Of a stretch of 64,000 nt of DNA, positions 25,977 through 35,518 are shown piece by piece. The position numbers and the translations under genes are program-made. Source of the stretch: Squalus acanthias (lineage: Eukaryota); the NCBI GenBank assembly GCA_030390025.1, contig CM059431.1:112408001-112472000 (forward strand). Direction: 5' to 3'. The notes beneath the pieces are model-generated. The model searched no databases. It had not been told where the DNA came from and saw only the letters and a list, made by a program, of their open reading frames with translations. How positions within the stretch are numbered: position 1 is the first letter of the stretch; each line of letters starts with the position of its first letter.

Positions 25977-26810
25977 CTAAATTCTGCGAAGGCTGCCACG
26001 AGCTTTTCCCAGTGGCGGGGGGGCACTGACCCCTTCCTTTGATCTGCCGCAGCCTGTCGCCGCTGCGCTGGGACTGGGATCTCCCTGGGCTGCCTTGACC
26101 TTGAACTTACGCCTGGGGGCGTACGGGGGACTTGACCACGGCTTCCTGGGCTGGGGTGTCCGACTTGACCTACGGAGGGCTACATTGGGCAAGATTTCCA
26201 GGGCCGACGGACCAGGAACCAAGACTTCCACCGTCACGGCTTGTGGTCCCACCACAGCCGCTGGCTCCGTCTCCCCTGGCTCCGCCTCCCTGAACTCGGG
26301 ATTTGCAGCTTCTGGTTCCACCCTACTTGGCCCAGTATGTGGTCCTCCACTCGCAATCCCTACCTCCCCCAAGGGCAAGACTTCCAGGGCCGACGGACCG
26401 GGTATCGAGACTTCCACCGTCACGACCTGTGGTCCTACCACAGCCGCTGGCTCCGTCTCCCCTAGCTCCGCCCCCCTGGGCTCGGGATCTGCAGTTTCTG
26501 ATTCCACCCTGTGTGGATCTCCACTCGCAGCCCCTATCTCCCCTGAGCTTGAGTCGAGGACGAAACTTCCGTCCTCCGACCCCAGCACCTCTCCGATCGG
26601 GTCACTACCTTGGTCGAGCTCCTCGAGCTCTTCCTCATCTGAATCCCAACACCAAGAAAAGATCCTACACTTTTCTAGAATGTCCTCTCCCCTCACGCAG
26701 GCTGCTTTACTGGTCTGTGTGCCCTGCAGTTCTACCCGGGGCTGCGAGTCCCCACTCGCAGGTTTGGCCCCTGTGGTTGGCCCCTGTGCACCCGGCTTAT
26801 ACAGCTTGCA
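25977..26810 (-). pseudogene. Integrase C-terminal low-complexity extension, cut off by a CAG>TAG stop
   Basis: In frame with pol after WFHIN*CKLYKPG (provirus B reads WFHINQCELYDPG); contains a ~60-aa duplication and LRRSSRTPQPRKPW. Confidence 0.8.
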
Positions 26811-29800
26811 CTAGTTAATGTGGAACCATTTTGTGCGCCGAGGTACCTTTACGGCGTACACCATGGGACTCGCTTTATCTACAATACTGTAGGGCCCCAT
26901 ATACAGTGGTTCCAAACTCCCTACTCTGGCATAGTTCCTAACCATGACCTGATCTCCGACTTCCCACTCCTGCTTCTTACGGGGTTCCAGCAACAGGCGA
27001 TTGCCCTGATGCTGTCTTCCCATGTTCCCAGCTGCCTGCTCGTAAACCTGCTTCAGGCGCTCCAAGAGGGTCTGGACAAACTTGTCCCCTTTCACCTCTT
27101 GGAGCTGACCCTCAGTGAGCACCGGGGCTAGTACATGGGTGGGGGTTCGCATGATCCTCCCAGTCATCACCTCGTACGGGGAATACCCCGTACTTTTCGA
27201 CTGACTGGCCCGGATCCACATGAGGACTAGAGGCAGAACCTCCGCCCATTTTTGGGGCGAGTTCATAGTCTCTTTCCTCAGCTTCTCCTTCAGGGTCCGG
27301 TTCATGCGTTCAACAATCCCTGATGACTGGGGATTGTGCGCTACGTGCCACTTCCCTTCAATGCCCAAAAGCATGAGGGTGTTCTGCATCACCTGGCCGG
27401 TGAAATGACTCCCTTGGTCTGACTCCACGAAACGGGGGAGTCCCCACCGCGAGAACACTTCCCGGACCAAGATCTTGGCAGTACCCAGCGCCGCAGCTGT
27501 TCTACAGGGGAAGGCTTCTACCCATTTGGAAAACACATCCACCAAGACGAGGCAGTATTTGTAGCCTCCCTGGGTGGTGGGCAGGGGCCCTATGTAATCG
27601 ATCTGTATCGACTGCCATGGTCCCTCCACCCTCCTGATGTGCCCCATGTGCACTTTCCTTTTCTGGGGGTCTGGGTTGTTTGCAGCGCACACAAGACAGC
27701 TTGCACAGAACTCGCGGACCTGCTCCCTGAGTCCCGGCCACCATCCCGCCTGCTCTACCCGTTGCCAGGTAACCTCGGGCCCGGGGTGCCCTGCCCCCGG
27801 CCCCTCATGAGCCAACTGGAGGAATTCCCTCCTGTGCTGCTGCGGCACAACCCACTGTTCCTCGCGGAACAGCATGCCTTCTTTAACGGAGAGGGTTGCC
27901 GTACTGTACGGGCCCTCTACCTGCTTGCCCTCAGTAATCGTTCTGAGAACTGTTTTTAGGGCGGGATCCTGGTTCTGGACGGTCTTAAGGTCTAGGGGCA
28001 GTGCTACCCTGGTGTTCCCGGGATTCCCTTCCCTGCCTTGGATCGCTGCCACGGGTCCGGGTCCATAGGGGTCCCAGAAAATGCCGTTACGGGCACCCTC
28101 CCTGGCTAGCGCATCCGCCTGCTGGTTGCCCTCCCCGCGGGGCTCTGTGGAGGAGTGAGCCTTCACCTTATGGTTGAAAATCTCCCCTTCCTCCCCTACT
28201 GCTGCTAGGATCTTTTCCAGCAAGGGCTTCACTGTTAAAGGTCGCCCGTCCGCGGAGGTGTATCCACGGCGGGACCAAATGGCCAGGTATTCCGTACACG
28301 AATTGCACGTAAACATACTGTCCGAACAAATCGTGTATGGGGTTGGGAAAATTTCTGGGTGGGTAACGACGTACGCCACCGCAGACAGCTCAGCCTGCTG
28401 CGCGCTCATGGTGCTGGGGAGTTTAATTGCCAGGGCAAGGTCTGCCGCAGGGTCATAAACTCCACACCCTGTGAGTCGTTCGCCAGCGGACACTGTGCTG
28501 GAACCATCAACATAAATCTCGCGACCTGTGGGATGTATCCCGGCCCGTAAACCTATGTTGACCTCCCACACCCCTTCCACCGAACACCAGTGGGCTGTTC
28601 CGGGGTATACCAAGTTGGCCGCAAGCCTGGGCTCGCAAAGACCTTTAACTCTAAGATCCATCTGGGAAAGGAGAAGGGTCCAGCGCGCAATTCGAGCGCT
28701 GCTTACGGTCCCATCCTTAATCCTCCCATCTAGAAGCATCTTAGTTGGTGTGTGATGGGTGAGGAGAGTGATGGGAGAGAGCCCTGTGAAGATCGCTGAT
28801 CTTTTCACAGCCCAATGCGTGGCTAAAAGATGCCTTTCGCAATTGGAGAAACTCCTCTCCACATCCGTTAACACCCTGGACGAATAGACAACCGGCCTCA
28901 GCTTGCCGTGACGCTCTTGGAGCAGCACGGCGCTCAAGCTGTCTCCGCTGGCAGCTACCTCCAGGAAAAACTCCTTCCTCCCATCTATGGCCCCTAAAGC
29001 TGGCGCGCTCTGCAGATCCCTTTTTAACTTCTCGAATGCTGCCTGGCAACCCTCGTCCCAAGACCACTCCACTCCCTTATGGAGGAGTCGGAGCAGCGGA
29101 GCTGCTGTGGCCGCATAGTCCTCGATGAAGTCTCTACAGTAACCGGTCAGTCCCAGAAAGGACCTCACCCCCGTTATGGTGTTGGGAATCGGTAACTCCT
29201 GCACCGACTCCCTCCTAGCCTTATCTATGGCTCTTTCCCCAGCGCGAATGGTCAGACCTAGGAATTTTACTTCCTGCTGACCGATACGTGCTTTCTTAGG
29301 GTTCACTTTAAAACCCTTTCTCGCTAGCAGCTCCAATAACTTGGCTAGCAGTGGTCCATGCTCCTCCCTTGAGTCCGTGAACAGGAGCAAATCATCCACG
29401 TACTGCACTATCTGATTGGGCTGACTAAACTCCTTTAAACTTCCTGCCATACACTGATGGAAAATACTGGGGCTGTTGTGGAAACCCTGTGGCAAATAGT
29501 TCCATGTGTACTGTTGTCCTTTGAAAGTAAAGGCAAACTTGTACTGGTCCTCTCGCCGCAGCGGGATGGACCAAAAACCGTTCGAGATATCCAGTACCGT
29601 GAACGTGGTCGCGGACGCTGGGATACTCCCTATTAGGTCAGCAACTGCTGCTACTGTGGGCGCGCAGGCGGGGATGTTACTGTTAAGGACTCTGTAGTCC
29701 ACCGTGGCCCTCCACGAATTATCCGGCTTCCTTACCGGCCATAATGGGGAGTTCACGTGTGTGGCTATCGGCCTCAACACGCCCTGCTGCACCAATGAGG

Positions 29801-30467
29801 ACATTGCTGTCTCCATATCGGGTTCTGCTTCTTTGGGGAAGTTATACTGCTTTTGGGGCCGGGTCATGGGGTCCCCGTCTACGCTGACCTCAAACCCGGT
29901 AACCCTCCCACAATCGTGCTTGTGGGTTGCAAACGCGTGCATATTATCTGACACGTACGCTTGCATGTCCGTTGGGACATCCGCGACCATAAGCCCGAGG
30001 TCGTAACCTCCGGATGGCTTCATGGTACACAGGGCCCCTTTACCTTCCTTCCCCGGGATTACAACTACCTTGCCTTTCCCACCCTTGGCTCCCCAGAGAC
30101 AGTGATTCCTAAGGTCCACGAGAATCCCGTGTTCCGATAGGAGATCCGATCCGAGGATACCTCTGCCACCCCCCTCTTGCCATTTCATCAGTATGCACTT
30201 CCATGTGGTGTGGAGTGCTCCTAAATGAATGGAGAGCGGAATGGAGAAGGCGCCAGCCTGCTCTTTTCCCGTGAACCCCGCTAATGTGTATGGGACCTTG
30301 GTAGACAGTGGTGAGTCAAAGGGGCTATCCGTATGAATCACGGTGCATGAAGCTCCCGTGTCCAACAAATAACTACCCTTCTGCTTCTCTACCTCCATCT
30401 CAACCAGGGGTCTTTTCCACGCATCATAGCTGAGCGGACACAGGTAAACGGGCTGCGCGGGCTCTAG
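26811..30467 (-). CDS. pol: Pol: protease, RT, degenerate RNase H tether, RNase H, integrase
   Basis: Open from the gag stop: LLDTGA, LPQGFHNSP, QYVDDLL, tether FFLEVAAS...RPVVYSSR, RNase H IYVDGS/QQAELSA/SDS/GNQQADALA, IN H-H-CxxC, IQIDYIGP, SDQGSHF, GIVERMN, GPY. Confidence 0.96.
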   Translation of the reverse strand, partial: LEPAQPVYLCPLSYDAWKRPLVEMEVEKQKGSYLLDTGASCTVIHTDSPFDSPLSTKVPYTLAGFTGKEQAGAFSIPLSIHLGALHTTWKCILMKWQEGGGRGILGSDLLSEHGILVDLRNHCLWGAKGGKGKVVVIPGKEGKGALCTMKPSGGYDLGLMVADVPTDMQAYVSDNMHAFATHKHDCGRVTGFEVSVDGDPMTRPQKQYNFPKEAEPDMETAMSSLVQQGVLRPIATHVNSPLWPVRKPDNSWRATVDYRVLNSNIPACAPTVAAVADLIGSIPASATTFTVLDISNGFWSIPLRREDQYKFAFTFKGQQYTWNYLPQGFHNSPSIFHQCMAGSLKEFSQPNQIVQYVDDLLLFTDSREEHGPLLAKLLELLARKGFKVNPKKARIGQQEVKFLGLTIRAGERAIDKARRESVQELPIPNTITGVRSFLGLTGYCRDFIEDYAATAAPLLRLLHKGVEWSWDEGCQAAFEKLKRDLQSAPALGAIDGRKEFFLEVAASGDSLSAVLLQERHGKLRPVVYSSRVLTDVERSFSNCERHLLATHWAVKRSAIFTGLSPITLLTHHTPTKMLLDGRIKDGTVSSARIARWTLLLSQMDLRVKGLCEPRLAANLVYPGTAHWCSVEGVWEVNIGLRAGIHPTGREIYVDGSSTVSAGERLTGCGVYDPAADLALAIKLPSTMSAQQAELSAVAYVVTHPEIFPTPYTICSDSMFTCNSCTEYLAIWSRRGYTSADGRPLTVKPLLEKILAAVGEEGEIFNHKVKAHSSTEPRGEGNQQADALAREGARNGIFWDPYGPGPVAAIQGREGNPGNTRVALPLDLKTVQNQDPALKTVLRTITEGKQVEGPYSTATLSVKEGMLFREEQWVVPQQHRREFLQLAHEGPGAGHPGPEVTWQRVEQAGWWPGLREQVREFCASCLVCAANNPDPQKRKVHMGHIRRVEGPWQSIQIDYIGPLPTTQGGYKYCLVLVDVFSKWVEAFPCRTAAALGTAKILVREVFSRWGLPRFVESDQGSHFTGQVMQNTLMLLGIEGKWHVAHNPQSSGIVERMNRTLKEKLRKETMNSPQKWAEVLPLVLMWIRASQSKSTGYSPYEVMTGRIMRTPTHVLAPVLTEGQLQEVKGDKFVQTLLERLKQVYEQAAGNMGRQHQGNRLLLEPRKKQEWEVGDQVMVRNYARVGSLEPLYMGPYSIVDKASPMVYAVKVPRRTKWFHIN

Positions 30468-32219
30468 TCATTGGGTACCGGTGGACGGGGTTGCGGCATC
30501 TGTGAGGCCGGTAGCGACTGCCACCCTTCCTTGCGAAATCATAAGGGACCGCATAGCTCCCAACATTGATTCTGTCGCATCGGGATGGATAGGCACACCA
30601 GCTCCTCTCTCAGAGACAGGCGCTTGGGTTCGGGCTGCGGGATTTTTATCCATGGGGTCCTTCCAGGGGTTCCTACAGTTCTTACGCCAGTGACCTGTCT
30701 TCCCACACCCGTAACAAGCACCACTGGCTTGTGGGGCGCGGTTTCCCTCCTGATGCCACTCCTTTTGAGCCGGGGCTGCGGGCCGTGCCTCATGCACCTT
30801 TCCCTTAAGGGGACGCGCTCCCGTGCTCCTAGTGATACGATACCCTATGGTGAGTCGATTTAGGACCGACTCCTCTGTTGTGGCGGGGTTAGTGGGATCA
30901 AACCACGCTTTGGCCTGCTCCCTGACGGCTGGCAAACTGTTGGCTACTAAACACCTGAGCCAGTGAGTTAAACCGGCACCGTTCAGGTAATCGCGCCCTG
31001 GCGCACCTGGGCAGCTACGCTGGTATACTGGCCACAGCCTGTCGGCGAAAACCTTCGGGGGTTCTCCCTCCATCTGTATGGTTTGACTCAATCTGACGAA
31101 CGGACCTTCGTCATCCGCCCCTAACACTTCTAGGACCTCGTCCCGTAACTCCTCATAGGTTTTATTCCCCTTCTTACTCTCGTCTGAGAGACACTGAAGG
31201 ATCGAGCTATCTAACGAGAACAGCAACATTTTGGTCTTTTCCTCATCGTCGCAGCCATTAATTGCTGCGGTCTGTTCTACCTCCCTAAAGTGTACGGAAG
31301 GGTCGTCTGACTCGGACAGCTTCCGTACATGGCTAATCATTGCTCTCAGCTGGTGTGAGCTGTGAGGCAATACGAGCTGGTTCAGGACATCCCCCTCTGC
31401 CCCATTTGCCCCACCCGGGCCTCTCTTGTGACCTCGGAGCGGACACATCGGTCCCGGTCTCGGCTCTACCTCCGGGGACTGTCCTACCTCGGGAACCTCC
31501 TTCTCTATTTCCACCACTTCCTCCCTTTCCCAGGTTGCCGAATAGCTGGGTGGCGCGGAGGGCGCAGTGGCAAATACCTCCTCTGCTTTGTCTGGTAGGG
31601 ATTTTGGGAATTCCCTACCCACCTGTGACTGGTTTGCTGATGGGCTGATGAGGCACACCAAGCCGTTTGCCTTATTCAGGGCCTCTCTTAGGTTCCCTAA
31701 CTCCTTCTGGCAAACACTGTGGTCGGCTCCCTCATGCCTATCCTCGAGGGCCATCTTATATGCCGCCCTAACTCCCTTCAAGCTTTCTTCCTGGGCTTTT
31801 ATCTGGTTAGCTAGGCGGGCACACCGTTCTCTAATCCTACCCTCGTTTAATTTCGCTTCCGTGATCTGACACTCTAGGTAATCAATTTTAGCCTCATGGT
31901 GGTTGGCTACTATCTGGCGTTCCTGATGTAAAGCATTCAAGGATGCAATGAGTTTCTGTCCTCCCGTGATCTTTTCCTCCATCTCAACTTCCAAATCCCT
32001 GATCTGAGCTGCCTGTGCTACAATGACCTGGTCCGAAAGTTGGACTTGCTTCTTGTAGCACATCAGCCAGACCGCTTTCTCTACCGACTTCTTATGCTCT
32101 TTACTGCCTGTCCATTTGATGGCTGCGTCTAGCGGACGCTTATCCATCAGTAGGTCACTTATCCACCTTTTGGTTAAGTTAACCTTCCCAAACACATAGT
32201 CGGCTACCCTCTCATCCAT
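30468..32219 (-). CDS. gag: Gag: coiled-coil N-terminus, PSAPPSY late domain, capsid, single CCHC zinc knuckle
   Basis: Intact ORF; ATG at 32219 (MDERVADYVFGK) aligns with MEDRISSYVFGK of provirus B; CYGCGKTGHWRKNC. Confidence 0.92.
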   Translation of the reverse strand: MDERVADYVFGKVNLTKRWISDLLMDKRPLDAAIKWTGSKEHKKSVEKAVWLMCYKKQVQLSDQVIVAQAAQIRDLEVEMEEKITGGQKLIASLNALHQERQIVANHHEAKIDYLECQITEAKLNEGRIRERCARLANQIKAQEESLKGVRAAYKMALEDRHEGADHSVCQKELGNLREALNKANGLVCLISPSANQSQVGREFPKSLPDKAEEVFATAPSAPPSYSATWEREEVVEIEKEVPEVGQSPEVEPRPGPMCPLRGHKRGPGGANGAEGDVLNQLVLPHSSHQLRAMISHVRKLSESDDPSVHFREVEQTAAINGCDDEEKTKMLLFSLDSSILQCLSDESKKGNKTYEELRDEVLEVLGADDEGPFVRLSQTIQMEGEPPKVFADRLWPVYQRSCPGAPGRDYLNGAGLTHWLRCLVANSLPAVREQAKAWFDPTNPATTEESVLNRLTIGYRITRSTGARPLKGKVHEARPAAPAQKEWHQEGNRAPQASGACYGCGKTGHWRKNCRNPWKDPMDKNPAARTQAPVSERGAGVPIHPDATESMLGAMRSLMISQGRVAVATGLTDAATPSTGTQ

Positions 32220-32273
32220 CACATTTCGCCTATTCACACCAGGGTCTAAAACATTACTCTCTCGCTGCCAGAG

Positions 32274-32291
32274 TCCTGCCGCGGTCAGCCA
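32274..32291 (-). promoter_or_regulatory. Primer-binding site of provirus A (tRNA-Ser-like)
   Basis: TGGCTGACCGCGGCAGGA 5 nt after the 5' LTR; the TGGC...GCAGGA pattern resembles the complement of tRNA-Ser 3' ends, exact tRNA uncertain. Confidence 0.7.
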
Positions 32292-32296
32292 TTTTC

Positions 32297-33984
32297 TGTA
32301 AGGGGTTGTGTCGTGCTTGTATCGCAGGCGGTGCTGGTACGGGGTTAGGCCTTCGTTGCCTAATACTATTGCTTGCTCTGGTCTCCGGCCAGCCTTGTTG
32401 CAATAAGCACCTGTGAGTGGTTCGACCCACTCGCCCTTACGGTTCTAACACTGGACTTAGGTGCGAGAGCAGTAATGCAGAGAAAAACTCAAATAGACGC
32501 GGTTGAATAGTACGAAATGGAAATCTTTATTGCATAGCGTCCAAGATCATGAAGTACATGTCATAGGCGCAAATTAACGAGAGTACAAGTATACATACAT
32601 TCATAAAGCTTGGTCTATGGTAATGAAGAACGCACGGCACATCGTAAAAAGGGGAACACATTATACTTTATCCTTAATAAAACCACCCTCCCTTATCAAT
32701 ACCTACACTACATCTAGATTTGTAGGATCGGGAAACATGCTCACCACTCGTGATACTTCGGAGAATTTTAAAGTGAGGCACTCGGCTCGTTTCGCTGCAG
32801 CGCCTGACTGTCACGTGTTTGGAGGGGTCTCTGTACCCCACTTGTTTATCTTCGCTGCTGCGACAAGCAGGCTGGGCTCCCCGTTGTCATGAAGAACTCG
32901 ACAGCACTCGGGCCCGGCTGTAGAACTCAAAGAAAAGTCTTCCTGTACCGACACCAGTTGTCGATAGAATTCGAAGAAGAGTCTTTGACCAGTTCGTGCA
33001 GTAACCTGTAGAGTTCAAGAAATGGGTTGTATATTTTCGGGCGCGGTCGGGGTTTACTGACCGCGGCGGCACGTGGATTCTTCTCCTCTTCTTCTCGTCT
33101 CGTCTCGTCTCTTCTCTTCGGGCCTTCGGGTCCAGACACCGTTTACCGACCCTCGGGATGGTGCACCCGGTCACCGGCCTTCGTCGAGGCGGCTCGTTCC
33201 GTTTGAGCTCCACCCAACATTCGAATAACCGTCCAGTGCGGCTAAAAGTCCAGAGTCAACAGAGTCCAGAGAAACACAGAAGGCTGCTCGTCCAGCAGAG
33301 TTCAGCCCCAGTCAAGAGTCCGCAGAGATAAGAGAAAATAAAGAGGGCGATGGACATTTGTTGTCTATAGTTATAGTGCTGTGTTCCCTTATCTCCCGCC
33401 CAAATCTTAATGTTTGTCCTTTGTGAAATATTGGCGCTCAAAACTCCCAGCATGGGGTGATTCTTGTCTTTAACGGGTTTCGGTAGCACCTGAGACTGGC
33501 CAACTACCCGTTAATGTTTCCCCCATTGTCGAACCGGCTAGGAGCCTCCCTGGCTGGGTTTTGGGGGCCCCCGAATACTTGTTTAATCACCCGAGAATGG
33601 CTCTCTCATTGTAGAGCCGTGGGGGTATTTGCGTATTGATGTGTCTGGATGGGCCTTCGATTGCCCAGTACAATGGTCCTTACTTGTGCATGGAAAACGA
33701 TTCCAGCACTCATATCTTTTGCTATTGTCACAAATGCAAACAGGTTGCATCCTGTCTTTATCAGTGCTTATCGAGTATGATCCCGTCTTATATTGAAAAT
33801 GTTTATTCGAACGCCATCTTGTCTGCCCACTGTACTTCTGGAAACTTCTGCCACGATGCGCGGCGGCCATTTTACAGGCTTCTGTGTCCTGTTTAATCAT
33901 GACAGCATTTTGTTTAAATAAACTGATCAAACGAATCTGCTTCTATCTCGTTATTTCGAATCGCGATAATTGCGAAACTTTACA
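32297..33984 (-). repeat. 5' LTR of provirus A (1688 bp)
   Basis: Direct repeat of 21301-22987, adjacent to the PBS. Confidence 0.97.
33366..33434 (-). promoter_or_regulatory. Putative LTR promoter of provirus A (CCAAT, GC-rich box, TATAA)
   Basis: Minus-strand CCAAT 33434-33430, GGCGGGAGA 33400-33392 and TATAA 33375-33371 in canonical order and spacing. Confidence 0.5.
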
Positions 33985-34039
33985 GTACCTCAAAAACAAA
34001 TGATTTAAATCATCACTTTGATTGAAAGAAAATATTGAG

Positions 34040-34365
34040 TGGCTGAGTTATACAGACTAGAAAGGGCCCAGGTTTGATCTCTGACCTGTGCCAGAGTTAG
34101 CTCACCTCAGCCAGGGTGGCACTACAGTTGGCCTCAGTGTCCCTGGGCCAGGAAGGGTAACATTGGCCAGTGATCTCCCTCTTGATGATTATAAAGGCGA
34201 GCCCTGCCAGAAATGTGTGGGTGCACATTGGGTGAGGACGTGAATAGGCTCAGCTCTGATTTTCTCCTGTGTGTGAATATAGCCAAAACTCACTGACAAG
34301 GCTCACAGATGAGTAATGGCCACTTGGTCAAGGGATCAAGATGCCCAGCACCCACGGAACAATGT
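34040..34365 (+). mobile_element. Diverged SINE-like repeat (second family)
   Basis: Similar to 51930-52300 (caattggc...ctagggaggg...ggtgag...ggctcagctgt...ctcaca...cacttgg). Confidence 0.5.
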
Positions 34366-34818
34366 CAAAAAGAAGGGAGATAAATTAGAGAATAAATTTG
34401 TGTGGAACACCCCCAAAATATTGATTCTATTATAAGCTTAAACAAGTAATTTAATATCTTGCTTATTACCATCCCAAAAAGCAAATCTCAGTAATATTTG
34501 TACTGCATAAAGAATTGGAAAGGCCATAGGAGTTTGCCAACAGAAAAAAAATGCGCAGAATTCATAAAACAGGTGCAGTATCTTGAGGCTAAATGATGTT
34601 TCTATCATTACATTGATGTGCATGTTGTGTGTGATGCAGGTTTCATGTGCCATTGTGTTTGCAGCTGTTTCACAACACATTTTTCAACACCCCATTTTGG
34701 CATACTTTGTATGAGGCTTTTTATGTTTGCCAGTCATGTGGGGATTCAAATGGATGCATTTAACTTTATGCAAAAAATTGTGAATTAAGAAAATGCTTGT
34801 TCTGTCAGCAGACTTTGT

Positions 34819-35005
34819 GGCTTAGAAATTCGTCAGGGGCGGTGGCGCAAAAACGGGCGTTATCGGATCGGCCGCCCGTTATACGCAGCACCTGATATTC
34901 AGTTCCGTTGACTGCAACAGAACTGCATATCAGGCACTGCATATAACTGGCGGCCGGTCCAATACCGCCAGTTTTGCACCACTGCCTGAGATGAATTTCT
35001 AGGCC
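34819..35005. mobile_element. Hairpin MITE (Harbinger-type)
   Basis: Whole element is an imperfect palindrome GGCTTAGAAATTC...GAATTTCTAGGCC, with TSD TGT/TGT; related copy at 38276-38455. Confidence 0.75.
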
Positions 35006-35229
35006 TGTAAATTTGTCTTATCGTGGATAATACCCTAGTTTTTTCATCTACTTGTTGAGCTGACTAACCACAGGTAAAATTCCCAAGAAGGTAAAATGCT
35101 CTGATATTTCTCCCTGACCCCCAAATTAATCTTACATCACAATCTGCATCATTAAATCCTGATCAGCTGCATTTCGCCATCCCAACAGCACAGAAACAAT
35201 TGTTTTTTTTTTACGCATTTGGCCAAGTG

Positions 35230-35518
35230 CTCCAGAGACTTCAGCACATAAAGCTAGGCTGACACTCCAGTGCGGTGCTGAGGGAGTGCTGCACTGTCGG
35301 AGGTGCCGTCTTTCGGATGAGACGTTAAATGGAGGCCCCATCTGTTCTCTCAGCTGAACATAAAAGATCCCATGGCACTATTTCGAAGAAGGGCAGGAGA
35401 GTTATCCCTGGTGTCCTGGCCAATATTTATCTCTCAATCAACATCACTAAAACAGATTATCTGGGTCATTATCACATTGCTGTTTGTGGGAGCTTGCTGT
35501 GCGCAAATTGGCTGCTCC
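35230..35518 (+). mobile_element. Deu-domain SINE, partial
   Basis: Matches the body of 5480-5950. Confidence 0.8.

Larger units (their letters stand above)
21301..33984 (-). mobile_element. Provirus A: near-intact endogenous lokiretrovirus-like element (LTR-gag-pol-env-LTR), 12.7 kb
   Basis: Paired TG...CA LTRs, PBS, PPT, gag/pol/env ORFs; flanks CTAC/GTAC (4-bp TSD with one mismatch). The LTR element is certain; the lineage name is inferred from architecture. Confidence 0.92.

Noticed and set aside
25977..26696. Independent accessory gene between pol and env
   Set aside because: GTG start and in frame with pol across one TAG that is Gln in provirus B; better explained as the integrase tail.
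26095..26814. 239-aa plus-strand ORF antisense to the pol tail (HBZ-like antisense gene?)
   Set aside because: Non-ATG start, codon-aligned shadow of a GC-rich repetitive sense frame, and no clear counterpart in provirus B.
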